A stretch of 64,000 nt of DNA, from the NCBI GenBank assembly GCA_965208665.1, contig CBDBPH010000001.1, positions 714,717 to 778,716 of the forward strand, given 5' to 3'. Below, in pieces: positions 24,694 to 32,182 of this stretch; within the stretch, counting starts at the first letter, position 1, and each line of letters begins with the position of its first letter. Position numbers and translations under genes: made by a program. This stretch comes from Dehalococcoidia bacterium (GTDB lineage: Bacteria > Chloroflexota > Dehalococcoidia > Bin125). The notes under the pieces are model-generated. The model was not told the origin of the DNA, searched no databases, and saw nothing but the letters and a program-made list of their open reading frames with translations.

Positions 24694-25482
24694 CTATCGA
24701 CCTTTGAACACGGGATCGCGCTTCTCCATGAACGCCCGCGGGCCCTCAATCGCGTCCTCGCTGCCGAACGCTCTCGCGCCCAGCAGCGACTCCAGGCTCC
24801 AGGCCTGCTCCCATGACATGCCCATCGCCCCGCGCACGGCAATCTCCTTCGCCGTCCGCACGGCCAACGGGCCATTGCGACAAATCAGATCGGCGATCCC
24901 GTTCGCCGCCTCCATCAGCCGATCGGCCGGCACAACTCGATTGATCAGCCCACATTGCAATGCCTCAGCCGCAGAAAGCCGACGACCGGTCAGCAAAATC
25001 TCCATCGCCCAGCACCACGGAATCTGACGCGGCAGGCGGATGTGCGAACCGCCGATCGGAATGATGCCCCATCGAACTTCCTGCAACCCGAACTCGGCAT
25101 GCTCGGCAGCCACGCGGATGTCGGTGCCCAGCATGAATTCAAGCCCGCCGGCGATGCAGTAGCCATTCACCGCCGCGATCACCGGCTTGTGCACATCGTG
25201 CAGGCCGCGAGTCTCGTTGACCTTCAGCGGCTCATCGCGGGTCGCCGCCGTTGCGTTGGGGATCGTGCTGCTCAGGTCGGCCCCGGCGCTGAAGGCGCGT
25301 TCGCCGGCGCCGGTCACGATCAGTACCCAGAGATCCGGGTCGCGCTTGAACTCTTCAATCGCTTCGCGCATCAAGACCTGAAGCTCGGGGCTCATCGCGT
25401 TCATCCGCTCCGGGCGGTTGAACGTCATCAGCGCCCGACGGTTGGCTCGATCGGGTTCGAACAACAGAGGCGGTTCCGACAT
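24694..25482 (-). CDS. Enoyl-CoA hydratase/isomerase family protein, tandem paralog
   Basis: Start MSEPPLLFEP (ATG 25482). The ORF-track N-terminal extension is GC run-on. It is the same length and largely collinear with the adjacent 23869..24657 gene (C-terminus AFMEKRDPVFKGR versus AFMEKRTPQFKGR). Confidence 0.85.
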   Translation of the reverse strand: MSEPPLLFEPDRANRRALMTFNRPERMNAMSPELQVLMREAIEEFKRDPDLWVLIVTGAGERAFSAGADLSSTIPNATAATRDEPLKVNETRGLHDVHKPVIAAVNGYCIAGGLEFMLGTDIRVAAEHAEFGLQEVRWGIIPIGGSHIRLPRQIPWCWAMEILLTGRRLSAAEALQCGLINRVVPADRLMEAANGIADLICRNGPLAVRTAKEIAVRGAMGMSWEQAWSLESLLGARAFGSEDAIEGPRAFMEKRDPVFKGR

Positions 25483-25616
25483 GAGGCGGCTCCAGTCATC
25501 GGTGGACAGCGCTGTATTGCGAAGATACGGCCAAAGCCGACTGCAGAGGCTCCCCCGCAGGCCCAGCGACCCCTTCGCGCCATACCCTGTGAACAGCGGA
25601 CGGGAGGGGTGGCGAC

Positions 25617-27248
25617 ATGCGTTGGCTGGTTGCGATTCTCGCCTCGGTATTGGTTCTTTCCGCGTGTGACCGATCCCAGGAGACTCCGACGCCGTCAGTG
25701 GTCGAGCAAGTGGAGCAACAGACGACCACGCAAGCTCAGCCACAGCGGGAGCAGACGGAGCCCGACCAGGCCGATTCGGAGCAAAGCGCGGACGCCAACC
25801 AAGCCCAGGAATCCGCGGCGCAGCCGGGCCAGCAGAGCCAACAGGCCGCCGTCGATCAGGGACAACAGGAGGCATCGCCGCTCGACCAACAACAAGCTCA
25901 GCAACAGCCTGAGGCAGTCGCCGATGGCCCCTTCGACCCCGACGCGCTCGAGATGGCCGATCTGGTGTTCTGGGGCCCGTTGGACGGCTTCTACGGTCGC
26001 TACCTGCCGATTCCCGGCTATGCACAGGCGCTCATCGACCGGTTGCTCGCTTTCGACTCGCCCGCGATCGACAAATACATCGTCGACCTGGCCGCGTTCC
26101 CCAGTCCCTATTGGGAGCAGGCTCTGGAGTTTCTCCGCAGTCGCTACGGTGAGTCGCTGCGCACGGTCTACGACTTCCCCGAGGTCTTCGACTTCCACCC
26201 CGACGACGGCGCGACACCCGCCTATCTGCGCTTCAAGCAGGCGTTGTTCGGCGGCCAGTTTGAAGACATGGCGGCGATGATGGATCCCAAGGCGGCGATC
26301 GTGATCGACGCGCGCGAAATCCAGTGGGGCGGCGTCCGCGTCGACGGTATCCCGCCACTCGAGTTCCCGGCTCAGGTGTTCCCCAAGGACGCCGACGAGT
26401 GGATCAATGACACGGACGTTGTCGTCGGCGTCGAGATCGACGGTGACGCCCGCGCCTATCCGATACGGATCATCGCCTGGCACGAAATGGTCAACGACAC
26501 CATCGGCGGCGTGCCGGTGTCACTCGCGTACTGCACCCTATGCGGCTCGCCCATCCTGTTCGACGGTCGGGTTGGCCCCGAGGTGTATCGCTTCGGCACC
26601 AGCGGACTGCTCTACCGCTCGAACAAGCTCATGTACGACCGCAACACGCGCACCCTCTGGAATCAGTTCAGCGGCAAACCCGCTTGGGGACCACTGGTCG
26701 GCCAGGACATCCGGCTCAAGGTGCTGCCCGTGGTCGTCACCACCTGGGGCGACTGGTACGAGCGCCATCCCGATACGACGGTGTTGAGCATCGACACCGG
26801 ATTCGTGCGTGACTATGGACCCGGAGTGGCCTACAACGACTACTTCAACAGCCCGCTCACATGGTTCAATGTCCCCGTTGAAGACGATCGTCTGGCGCAA
26901 AAGGACAATGTCTACGCGGTACGAGTCGGCGAGGCGCTGACCGCATACCCGATCGAACTGCTGGCACAGCGCGCATTCGCGCAGGACGAAGTGGGCGGCC
27001 TGCCGATTGTCGTGATCGCGACAGCCAACGGCGAGGGCGGCCGCTCATATGAGTCCGGCGATGTCCGATTCGAATCCGCGGATCCGGCGACCGGGACACT
27101 GACCGATGCAGACGGCGGTGTCTGGACGATTCGAGAGGACAGCCTGCTCGGACCGGATGGAGAGGTGCTCCCACGAGTCGGCGGCCACAATGCCTATTGG
27201 TTCGCAATCACCAACCAGACCGACAACGGCCAGCTCTGGGAGGGCTGA
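25617..27248 (+). CDS. DUF3179-domain lipoprotein with a long Gln/Glu-rich low-complexity linker
   Basis: Signal plus lipobox (ILASVLVLSAC), then about 100 aa rich in Q/E/A, then a DUF3179 core (GVEIDGDARAYPIRIIAWHEMVND...SLAYCTLCGSP). Confidence 0.75.
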   Translation: MRWLVAILASVLVLSACDRSQETPTPSVVEQVEQQTTTQAQPQREQTEPDQADSEQSADANQAQESAAQPGQQSQQAAVDQGQQEASPLDQQQAQQQPEAVADGPFDPDALEMADLVFWGPLDGFYGRYLPIPGYAQALIDRLLAFDSPAIDKYIVDLAAFPSPYWEQALEFLRSRYGESLRTVYDFPEVFDFHPDDGATPAYLRFKQALFGGQFEDMAAMMDPKAAIVIDAREIQWGGVRVDGIPPLEFPAQVFPKDADEWINDTDVVVGVEIDGDARAYPIRIIAWHEMVNDTIGGVPVSLAYCTLCGSPILFDGRVGPEVYRFGTSGLLYRSNKLMYDRNTRTLWNQFSGKPAWGPLVGQDIRLKVLPVVVTTWGDWYERHPDTTVLSIDTGFVRDYGPGVAYNDYFNSPLTWFNVPVEDDRLAQKDNVYAVRVGEALTAYPIELLAQRAFAQDEVGGLPIVVIATANGEGGRSYESGDVRFESADPATGTLTDADGGVWTIREDSLLGPDGEVLPRVGGHNAYWFAITNQTDNGQLWEG

Positions 27249-27300
27249 TTTCTGCGCCGTTCGGTTCGTTATCTTCGCCGAGAACATCGAGGAGGCCAAG

Positions 27301-28248
27301 ATGTCGACGAGCACGCAGCAGCCAATCCCGAAGAGCGAGTGGGTGGAATTCGCGTCAAGGGAGTGGTGCGACGAGGCCAACCGTTACCTGCAGGAGCAGG
27401 CCGGTCTGCACCCTGAAGCCCTCGACGGTGTCGAGTGGTCGGTGACCGAGCGCTGGCAGAACGCGCCGCCGCACCTCAGATTTCAGGACAACGTCGCGGG
27501 CTTCTGGTTCACAATCTCCGGCGGCAGAATCGAGGTCGGCGCGGGACCAGCCGCAGAGGCCGACACCGAGATCGACGGTGATTACAACGCCATCCTGCCG
27601 ATCGGCTGGACGATCTACGGCGGCGACGCCGAGATCCAGGCCCGAGCCCAACGAGAGTACGGCCACCTCTCTCGCAGCAAGCCAGTCAGGATGAAGGGCG
27701 AGTTTCCATCCCACCCGCCGCTACTGCCGTTCCTCGGAGGCCTGCACGACCACATGGCTCGCCGCACGATCAACAATCCGGACATCGACCATCGGATCGA
27801 GCACTATGGCCTGCGCCCGCACGCCGACGAACTCGCCAATCAGGGCCACACGATCCTCAATGACGCATTCACTGAGGCGATGGGCGACGAACTGCGGGCG
27901 GCCGGAGGTTGCGGTCGCCTCTGGGAGGAGGCGGTCGTCCATCCCTGGGTACTGACCCTGGTCGAGCACGAGCTGGGCGACGGCCCCAACCTGGTCTGTC
28001 CGGAACCGGGAACGGCCGGCGAGGCCTCAGTCACAGCTCTCTGGGCCTTGGCCGACGAGGCCGTGACGAAGGCTGGCGTCGGAAGCATCGCGATCGTCGT
28101 CGACGCCCCAATCGCATCTAAACCCCAGGGAATGATGCAAGTGATCTACGCCGCGCGAGACTCGCGGCTAACGGAACATCGCATTGAAGTTGAGCAAGAC
28201 CAGGCGGAGGGAAACCCTCCCGTCTTCAACGCGCTCTGCAGTCACTGA
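27301..28248 (+). CDS. Hypothetical cytoplasmic protein (315 aa), co-oriented 52 bp downstream of the DUF3179 gene
   Basis: Start ATG 27301 with GAGGAGG upstream. There are no family motifs I can name, and codon usage is consistent with its neighbours. Confidence 0.55.
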   Translation: MSTSTQQPIPKSEWVEFASREWCDEANRYLQEQAGLHPEALDGVEWSVTERWQNAPPHLRFQDNVAGFWFTISGGRIEVGAGPAAEADTEIDGDYNAILPIGWTIYGGDAEIQARAQREYGHLSRSKPVRMKGEFPSHPPLLPFLGGLHDHMARRTINNPDIDHRIEHYGLRPHADELANQGHTILNDAFTEAMGDELRAAGGCGRLWEEAVVHPWVLTLVEHELGDGPNLVCPEPGTAGEASVTALWALADEAVTKAGVGSIAIVVDAPIASKPQGMMQVIYAARDSRLTEHRIEVEQDQAEGNPPVFNALCSH

Positions 28249-28250
28249 GA

Positions 28251-28283
28251 CCACTGCGGCGCGTCCGAGACGCGCCGCAGTGG
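28251..28283. terminator. Perfect 15-bp stem, 3-nt loop hairpin (CCACTGCGGCGCGTC cga GACGCGCCGCAGTGG) between convergent genes
   Basis: It lies 3 bp after the + gene stop (28246-28248) and 26 bp from the - strand ACAD stop. It is followed on + by the T-containing tract CTGTTGACTCTT. Confidence 0.5.
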
Positions 28284-28309
28284 CTGTTGACTCTTGGGAT
28301 TGAGACTCG

Positions 28310-29491
28310 CTACGACCGTGGCAGGCCTAGACCTCGAGTCGCGATGATGTTTCGCTGGATCTCGTTGGTGCCGGAGTAGATCGTGCTGGGCACGGCGAGC
28401 AGGTACTGCTCGGGCATGTCTCCGGCCCAGGGGGCGCTCGGCTCCTCGGGGATCAGCTGGCCGCTAAGGCCGAACATCTTGATCCCGTAGTTGTAGATCT
28501 TCTGGCCCAGTTCGGACTGGAAGATCTTGATCACTGAGGCCTCGTAATTGGGCACGTTGCCGGTCGCCTGGATGTGACCGATCCGGTAGCCGAGGTACTT
28601 GGCCACGTTGTTGCTGATCACGAGGTCCGACAGACCGAGTCGATAGCGCTCGCGGTCGTCGGCCGAGCCGTTCTGCAGCTCCTCGGTCATGCCCTCGAGC
28701 GTCTTGCGCTGACCAGCCGTCGTGCCGATCCCGGAGCGTTCGAAGTCGAGCAGCGTCATGCCGACGTACCAGCCCCGGTTCTCTTCGCCAATCCGGTTCT
28801 TGGCCGGCACGCGGACGTCCTCGAAGAAGACCTCGTTGAAGTGATGGCGTCCGGCCATATTGATCAGCGGCCGCACCGAGAGGCCCGGCGTGTTCTTGAT
28901 GTCGTCGATCAGGAGGAACGAGATGCCGCGATGCTTGGGCGCGTCGGGGTCGGTGCGCACGAGGCAAAACATCTGGTTGGCGCGGTGACCGCCCGATGTC
29001 CAGATCTTCTGGCCATTGATGATGTAATCGTCGCCGTCGCGGACCGCGCGGGTCTGCAGCGACGCGAGGTCGGAGCCCGAGCCGGGCTCAGAGTAGCCCT
29101 GGCACCAGATGTGTTCGCCCGAGGTGATCTTGGGCAGGTAATCGGCCTTCTGCTCGTCCGAGCCGTGGATGATCAGGGTTGGGCCGATCATCCCAACGCC
29201 GAAGCCGCGCGTGCCGGTGTCGGGCGCGCCGTGGTAACCGAACTCCTCGTTGAAGACGATCTGTTCGTAGATCGATGCGCCCAAACCGCCATACTCCTTC
29301 GGCCAGGCCGGAGCGATCCAACCCCGATCGGCGAGCTTGCGGTTGAACTCGACGGCGTTTTCGAAGTCTTCTTCGTTCTCCCGTGCGCCGCCAGGTCCTT
29401 CACTCGACGCGGGTTCGGGAATGTTGTCGAGCAGGAACTGGCGGACCTCGCCGCGCAGAGCCTCTTCAGTCTCAGAGAATCGCAGTTCCAT
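28310..29491 (-). CDS. Acyl-CoA dehydrogenase
   Basis: 393 aa. ACAD N-terminal, middle and C-terminal domain patterns are present (…GSDEQK…, YSEPGSGSDLASLQTRA…, …SGTNEIQRNIIA). Confidence 0.85.
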   Translation of the reverse strand: MELRFSETEEALRGEVRQFLLDNIPEPASSEGPGGARENEEDFENAVEFNRKLADRGWIAPAWPKEYGGLGASIYEQIVFNEEFGYHGAPDTGTRGFGVGMIGPTLIIHGSDEQKADYLPKITSGEHIWCQGYSEPGSGSDLASLQTRAVRDGDDYIINGQKIWTSGGHRANQMFCLVRTDPDAPKHRGISFLLIDDIKNTPGLSVRPLINMAGRHHFNEVFFEDVRVPAKNRIGEENRGWYVGMTLLDFERSGIGTTAGQRKTLEGMTEELQNGSADDRERYRLGLSDLVISNNVAKYLGYRIGHIQATGNVPNYEASVIKIFQSELGQKIYNYGIKMFGLSGQLIPEEPSAPWAGDMPEQYLLAVPSTIYSGTNEIQRNIIATRGLGLPRS

Positions 29492-29535
29492 CTGTACTAC
29501 CTCACTTACCCGTTGCTTGGGGCTTCCTGGACCTC

Positions 29536-29610
29536 TTGGAGCGGGAGACGGGATTCGAACCCGCGACCCTCTGCTTGGGAAGCAGATGCTCTACCACTGA
29601 GCTACTCCCG
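29536..29610 (-). tRNA. tRNA-Gly (anticodon CCC), with encoded CCA
   Basis: The reverse complement GCGGGAGTAGCTCAGTGGTAGAGCATCTGCTTCCCAAGCAGAGGGTCGCGGGTTCGAATCCCGTCTCCCGCTCCA folds as a cloverleaf: 7-bp acceptor, D arm, anticodon loop TTCCCAA, and T arm GGGTTCGAATCCC. Confidence 0.9.
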
Positions 29611-29713
29611 CGAGAGTGCACGGAACGCCTGTCCAGCATCGCTCCGTCGATGCCATCCGGTTGGTTGCATCGTACACGTCGTTCGGACATCTGTCGGTAT
29701 GCACGGCGATACC

Positions 29714-30556
29714 TCAGGCGAAGCCGGTGCCTTGGCGCTGCCCGCGATCCTCGATGACGCGCAGCAGCCCACTGCCCGCGATCGCCGATGCGGCTACGAC
29801 TCCTCCGGCAAGCGCGACGATGGCGGCGTTGCGCACCAGCAGCGAGCCTGCGTCGGCTGCGATCATCCAGAGATCCGCTGCGAATGGATCAGTGGTCGCA
29901 TCCGCTCGACCCTCGAACGACGCCCGCACCAGGGTGGCGGCCAGCCAGAGCATGGCGGCGCCCAGCCCAATAGCGAAACCCGCCGTTCCGATTCGACTCA
30001 GGCCACGAACCTGCGCAGCAGTGGCCAGCGCCAGGAGAATGACGAACGAACCGCTCACGATCAGGCCCACGGTTGCCACCTCATGACCGCCGCTGGTCAG
30101 CCGCCCGATGGTGCCGTCGAATGCGCCGCCGCGAGAGACGAGTCGGAACACCTGCCGCGACTCGGCCAGCACTTCGAAGCCATCGTCGTAGATCAATGAA
30201 GCAGTGGTGGCCGATACCGCGTCGGCGACTGCGTCGGGCCCCTCCGACAGTCCGCCCGGTTCGAGCTGCAGCGGGACTGGAAAGCCCGTCAGACGGATCG
30301 GATCACCTTCCTCTGCAGCAGTCTGCAGAGCCGGCCAGGCATTGGCAACGAACTGATCGACCTCCAATAGAGAGTCGACGGCGCGCGCCAGGTAGTGCTG
30401 GGCAGTCGCCCGACTGGTGAGTTGGGCAGCCGTAACGAACAACACGGCCAACGCCGACACCGCCGCGGTCAGCAGGATCGTGATGAACAGCGCCCAGCGA
30501 CGCCAGGCCGAATCGGCCGCCACTTCCGACCGATACAGCGTCGAGCGCGTATTCAC
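29714..30556 (-). CDS. Hypothetical membrane protein. It has an N-terminal TM, a soluble middle region and C-terminal hydrophobic segments.
   Basis: 280 aa with no recognisable motifs. It overlaps the upstream RDD gene by 4 bp, which suggests an operon. Confidence 0.55.
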   Translation of the reverse strand: MNTRSTLYRSEVAADSAWRRWALFITILLTAAVSALAVLFVTAAQLTSRATAQHYLARAVDSLLEVDQFVANAWPALQTAAEEGDPIRLTGFPVPLQLEPGGLSEGPDAVADAVSATTASLIYDDGFEVLAESRQVFRLVSRGGAFDGTIGRLTSGGHEVATVGLIVSGSFVILLALATAAQVRGLSRIGTAGFAIGLGAAMLWLAATLVRASFEGRADATTDPFAADLWMIAADAGSLLVRNAAIVALAGGVVAASAIAGSGLLRVIEDRGQRQGTGFA

Positions 30557-31029
30557 GGTCGGAAGGTCTCGATCAGGAGCGAGCCGGACAACATGTCCGG
30601 CAAGCTGCGCCCCTGTCCGTCAATCCACGGCCACCACAGTCCGATGCCAAGCAGCAACACCGAGGGCCACCAGATCAGCCCCCGGATAACAAACGTCCGC
30701 CTGCCACCCCGCAGTTCCCGCAATCCAAGCGCCCGCGCACCGACCGTCCGTGCGCCCAGCCCCGCGTACAACGACGACAGGAGAAACCAGAGCAATCCAA
30801 CCGCATAGCCGACGCCCCACTCCCCGGCTGTCGGGTCTCTCTCGAGTGGATCAACCTGAAGCAGCATGGCCAGAATGGCGAACGCCCCGCAGAGCGCGCT
30901 GAACAGCCCGATCACCACGAAATCGATCGCCGCGGCGACCAGGCGCGCTTCGCGGCGAACGACCGGAATGTACAGAGCTTCAGAAGCTGGACGGGCCATC
31001 AACGGGCTTGAGCGTAGCATCGAATCCAT
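30553..31029 (-). CDS. RDD-family small membrane protein
   Basis: The conserved ...RLVAAAIDFVVI... segment and Arg/Asp positions are typical of RDD proteins. The start is uncertain (31029, 31020 or 30999). Confidence 0.55.
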   Translation of the reverse strand: MDSMLRSSPLMARPASEALYIPVVRREARLVAAAIDFVVIGLFSALCGAFAILAMLLQVDPLERDPTAGEWGVGYAVGLLWFLLSSLYAGLGARTVGARALGLRELRGGRRTFVIRGLIWWPSVLLLGIGLWWPWIDGQGRSLPDMLSGSLLIETFRP

Positions 31030-32176
31030 GGCCGACAGACGCTTCCTCCTCGCCGTGATGCTCTCGGCGCTTACCGTCGGACTGACCATCGTCTTGGCCC
31101 TCTTCGCCGCCTCGACACTGAGGGCTCAGTCGAACCCGAATCTCGCTGATGTGGTCGCCGACGCGACGGAATCGCATCGGTTCTCACTGCTTTCTTACGA
31201 ACTGACACACCTGCCCAACCGCTGGCTGACCAATGTCGCCGGATGGATAGCGGAGCCGGACCTCGACGAAGCGGCAATCTTGCGACGCTGGTTCGACCGC
31301 ACCGATGAGCACGACCGCAAGCGGGCGGAGCTCCTCCTCGAACGCCGGCTGGGTCGAGCCATTTCGCAACTGCAACTGGACACGCCATTGCCGCTCTTTG
31401 GCCGGGTGCGCGTCGTCTGGCCACCGATCGACGTGGATCTGAGCGAACGGCTCCATGTGCTCGCTGTCTCGCCCCGCGACGAAGTCCGGATGGTCCGCTC
31501 CGTGTTGTTGACCTCCGGCATCGATCGAGAGCAGTACGAACGCATCGAAGCGGCGATCGAAGCGGACGGGCGTTGGTCCGCCTGGGTCGGACGAGTAGGC
31601 GGCGTGGCGTTGTACCCGGCATCGGTGGTTTCGTCGCGGGACTATCTCAGCACGCTGCAGATCATGGCGCATGAGTGGACGCATCACTACCTCAGCTTCT
31701 ATCCGCTGGGTCTTGCCTACGGGCGAGGTTCGGACATGCGGACGATCAATGAGACCGTGGCCGACATCGTCGGCGACGAGCTGGGCGAAGCTGCCGCACA
31801 GATTCCCGGCTTCACTCCCGAGCCGGATCACGGCGCGGACGAGCGTCGCAGCCAGATACGAGCGGTGACCGATCCGATCCTGCGGCAGCTTCGGCTCGAC
31901 GTCGACGCGCTCCTGACCGAGGACCGAATCGACGAGGCCGAACGGCTGATGGACGACGTTCGCCAGGAGCTGATTGAGCTCGAACGGCCGTTCAGAAGAA
32001 TCAATCAGGCATTCCTCGCATTCCGCGGCGGCTACGGGGCGAGCGCCGCCTCCCCGAGTCCGTGGGGCGATCGTCTCCTGATGCTTCGCGCCTCAACCGC
32101 GTCGTTGCCCGAGTTCGTCGAAGTGGTACGCGAGATCGGCTCGCCCGACGAAGCCGACGCGCTGCTGCCGCCATAG
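31028..32176 (+). CDS. Membrane-anchored putative zinc metallopeptidase (HEXXH motif), otherwise uncharacterised
   Basis: N-terminal TM (FLLAVMLSALTVGLTIVLALFAA) and QIMAHEWTHHYL (HEWTH). It is divergent from the RDD gene, and the two possible start codons share a CCATGG palindrome. Confidence 0.55.
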   Translation: MADRRFLLAVMLSALTVGLTIVLALFAASTLRAQSNPNLADVVADATESHRFSLLSYELTHLPNRWLTNVAGWIAEPDLDEAAILRRWFDRTDEHDRKRAELLLERRLGRAISQLQLDTPLPLFGRVRVVWPPIDVDLSERLHVLAVSPRDEVRMVRSVLLTSGIDREQYERIEAAIEADGRWSAWVGRVGGVALYPASVVSSRDYLSTLQIMAHEWTHHYLSFYPLGLAYGRGSDMRTINETVADIVGDELGEAAAQIPGFTPEPDHGADERRSQIRAVTDPILRQLRLDVDALLTEDRIDEAERLMDDVRQELIELERPFRRINQAFLAFRGGYGASAASPSPWGDRLLMLRASTASLPEFVEVVREIGSPDEADALLPP

Positions 32177-32182
32177 CTGCCC

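Noticed and set aside
29502-29690. 62-aa - strand ORF overlapping the tRNA-Gly
   Set aside because: It overlaps a canonical tRNA cloverleaf and is not a plausible protein gene.
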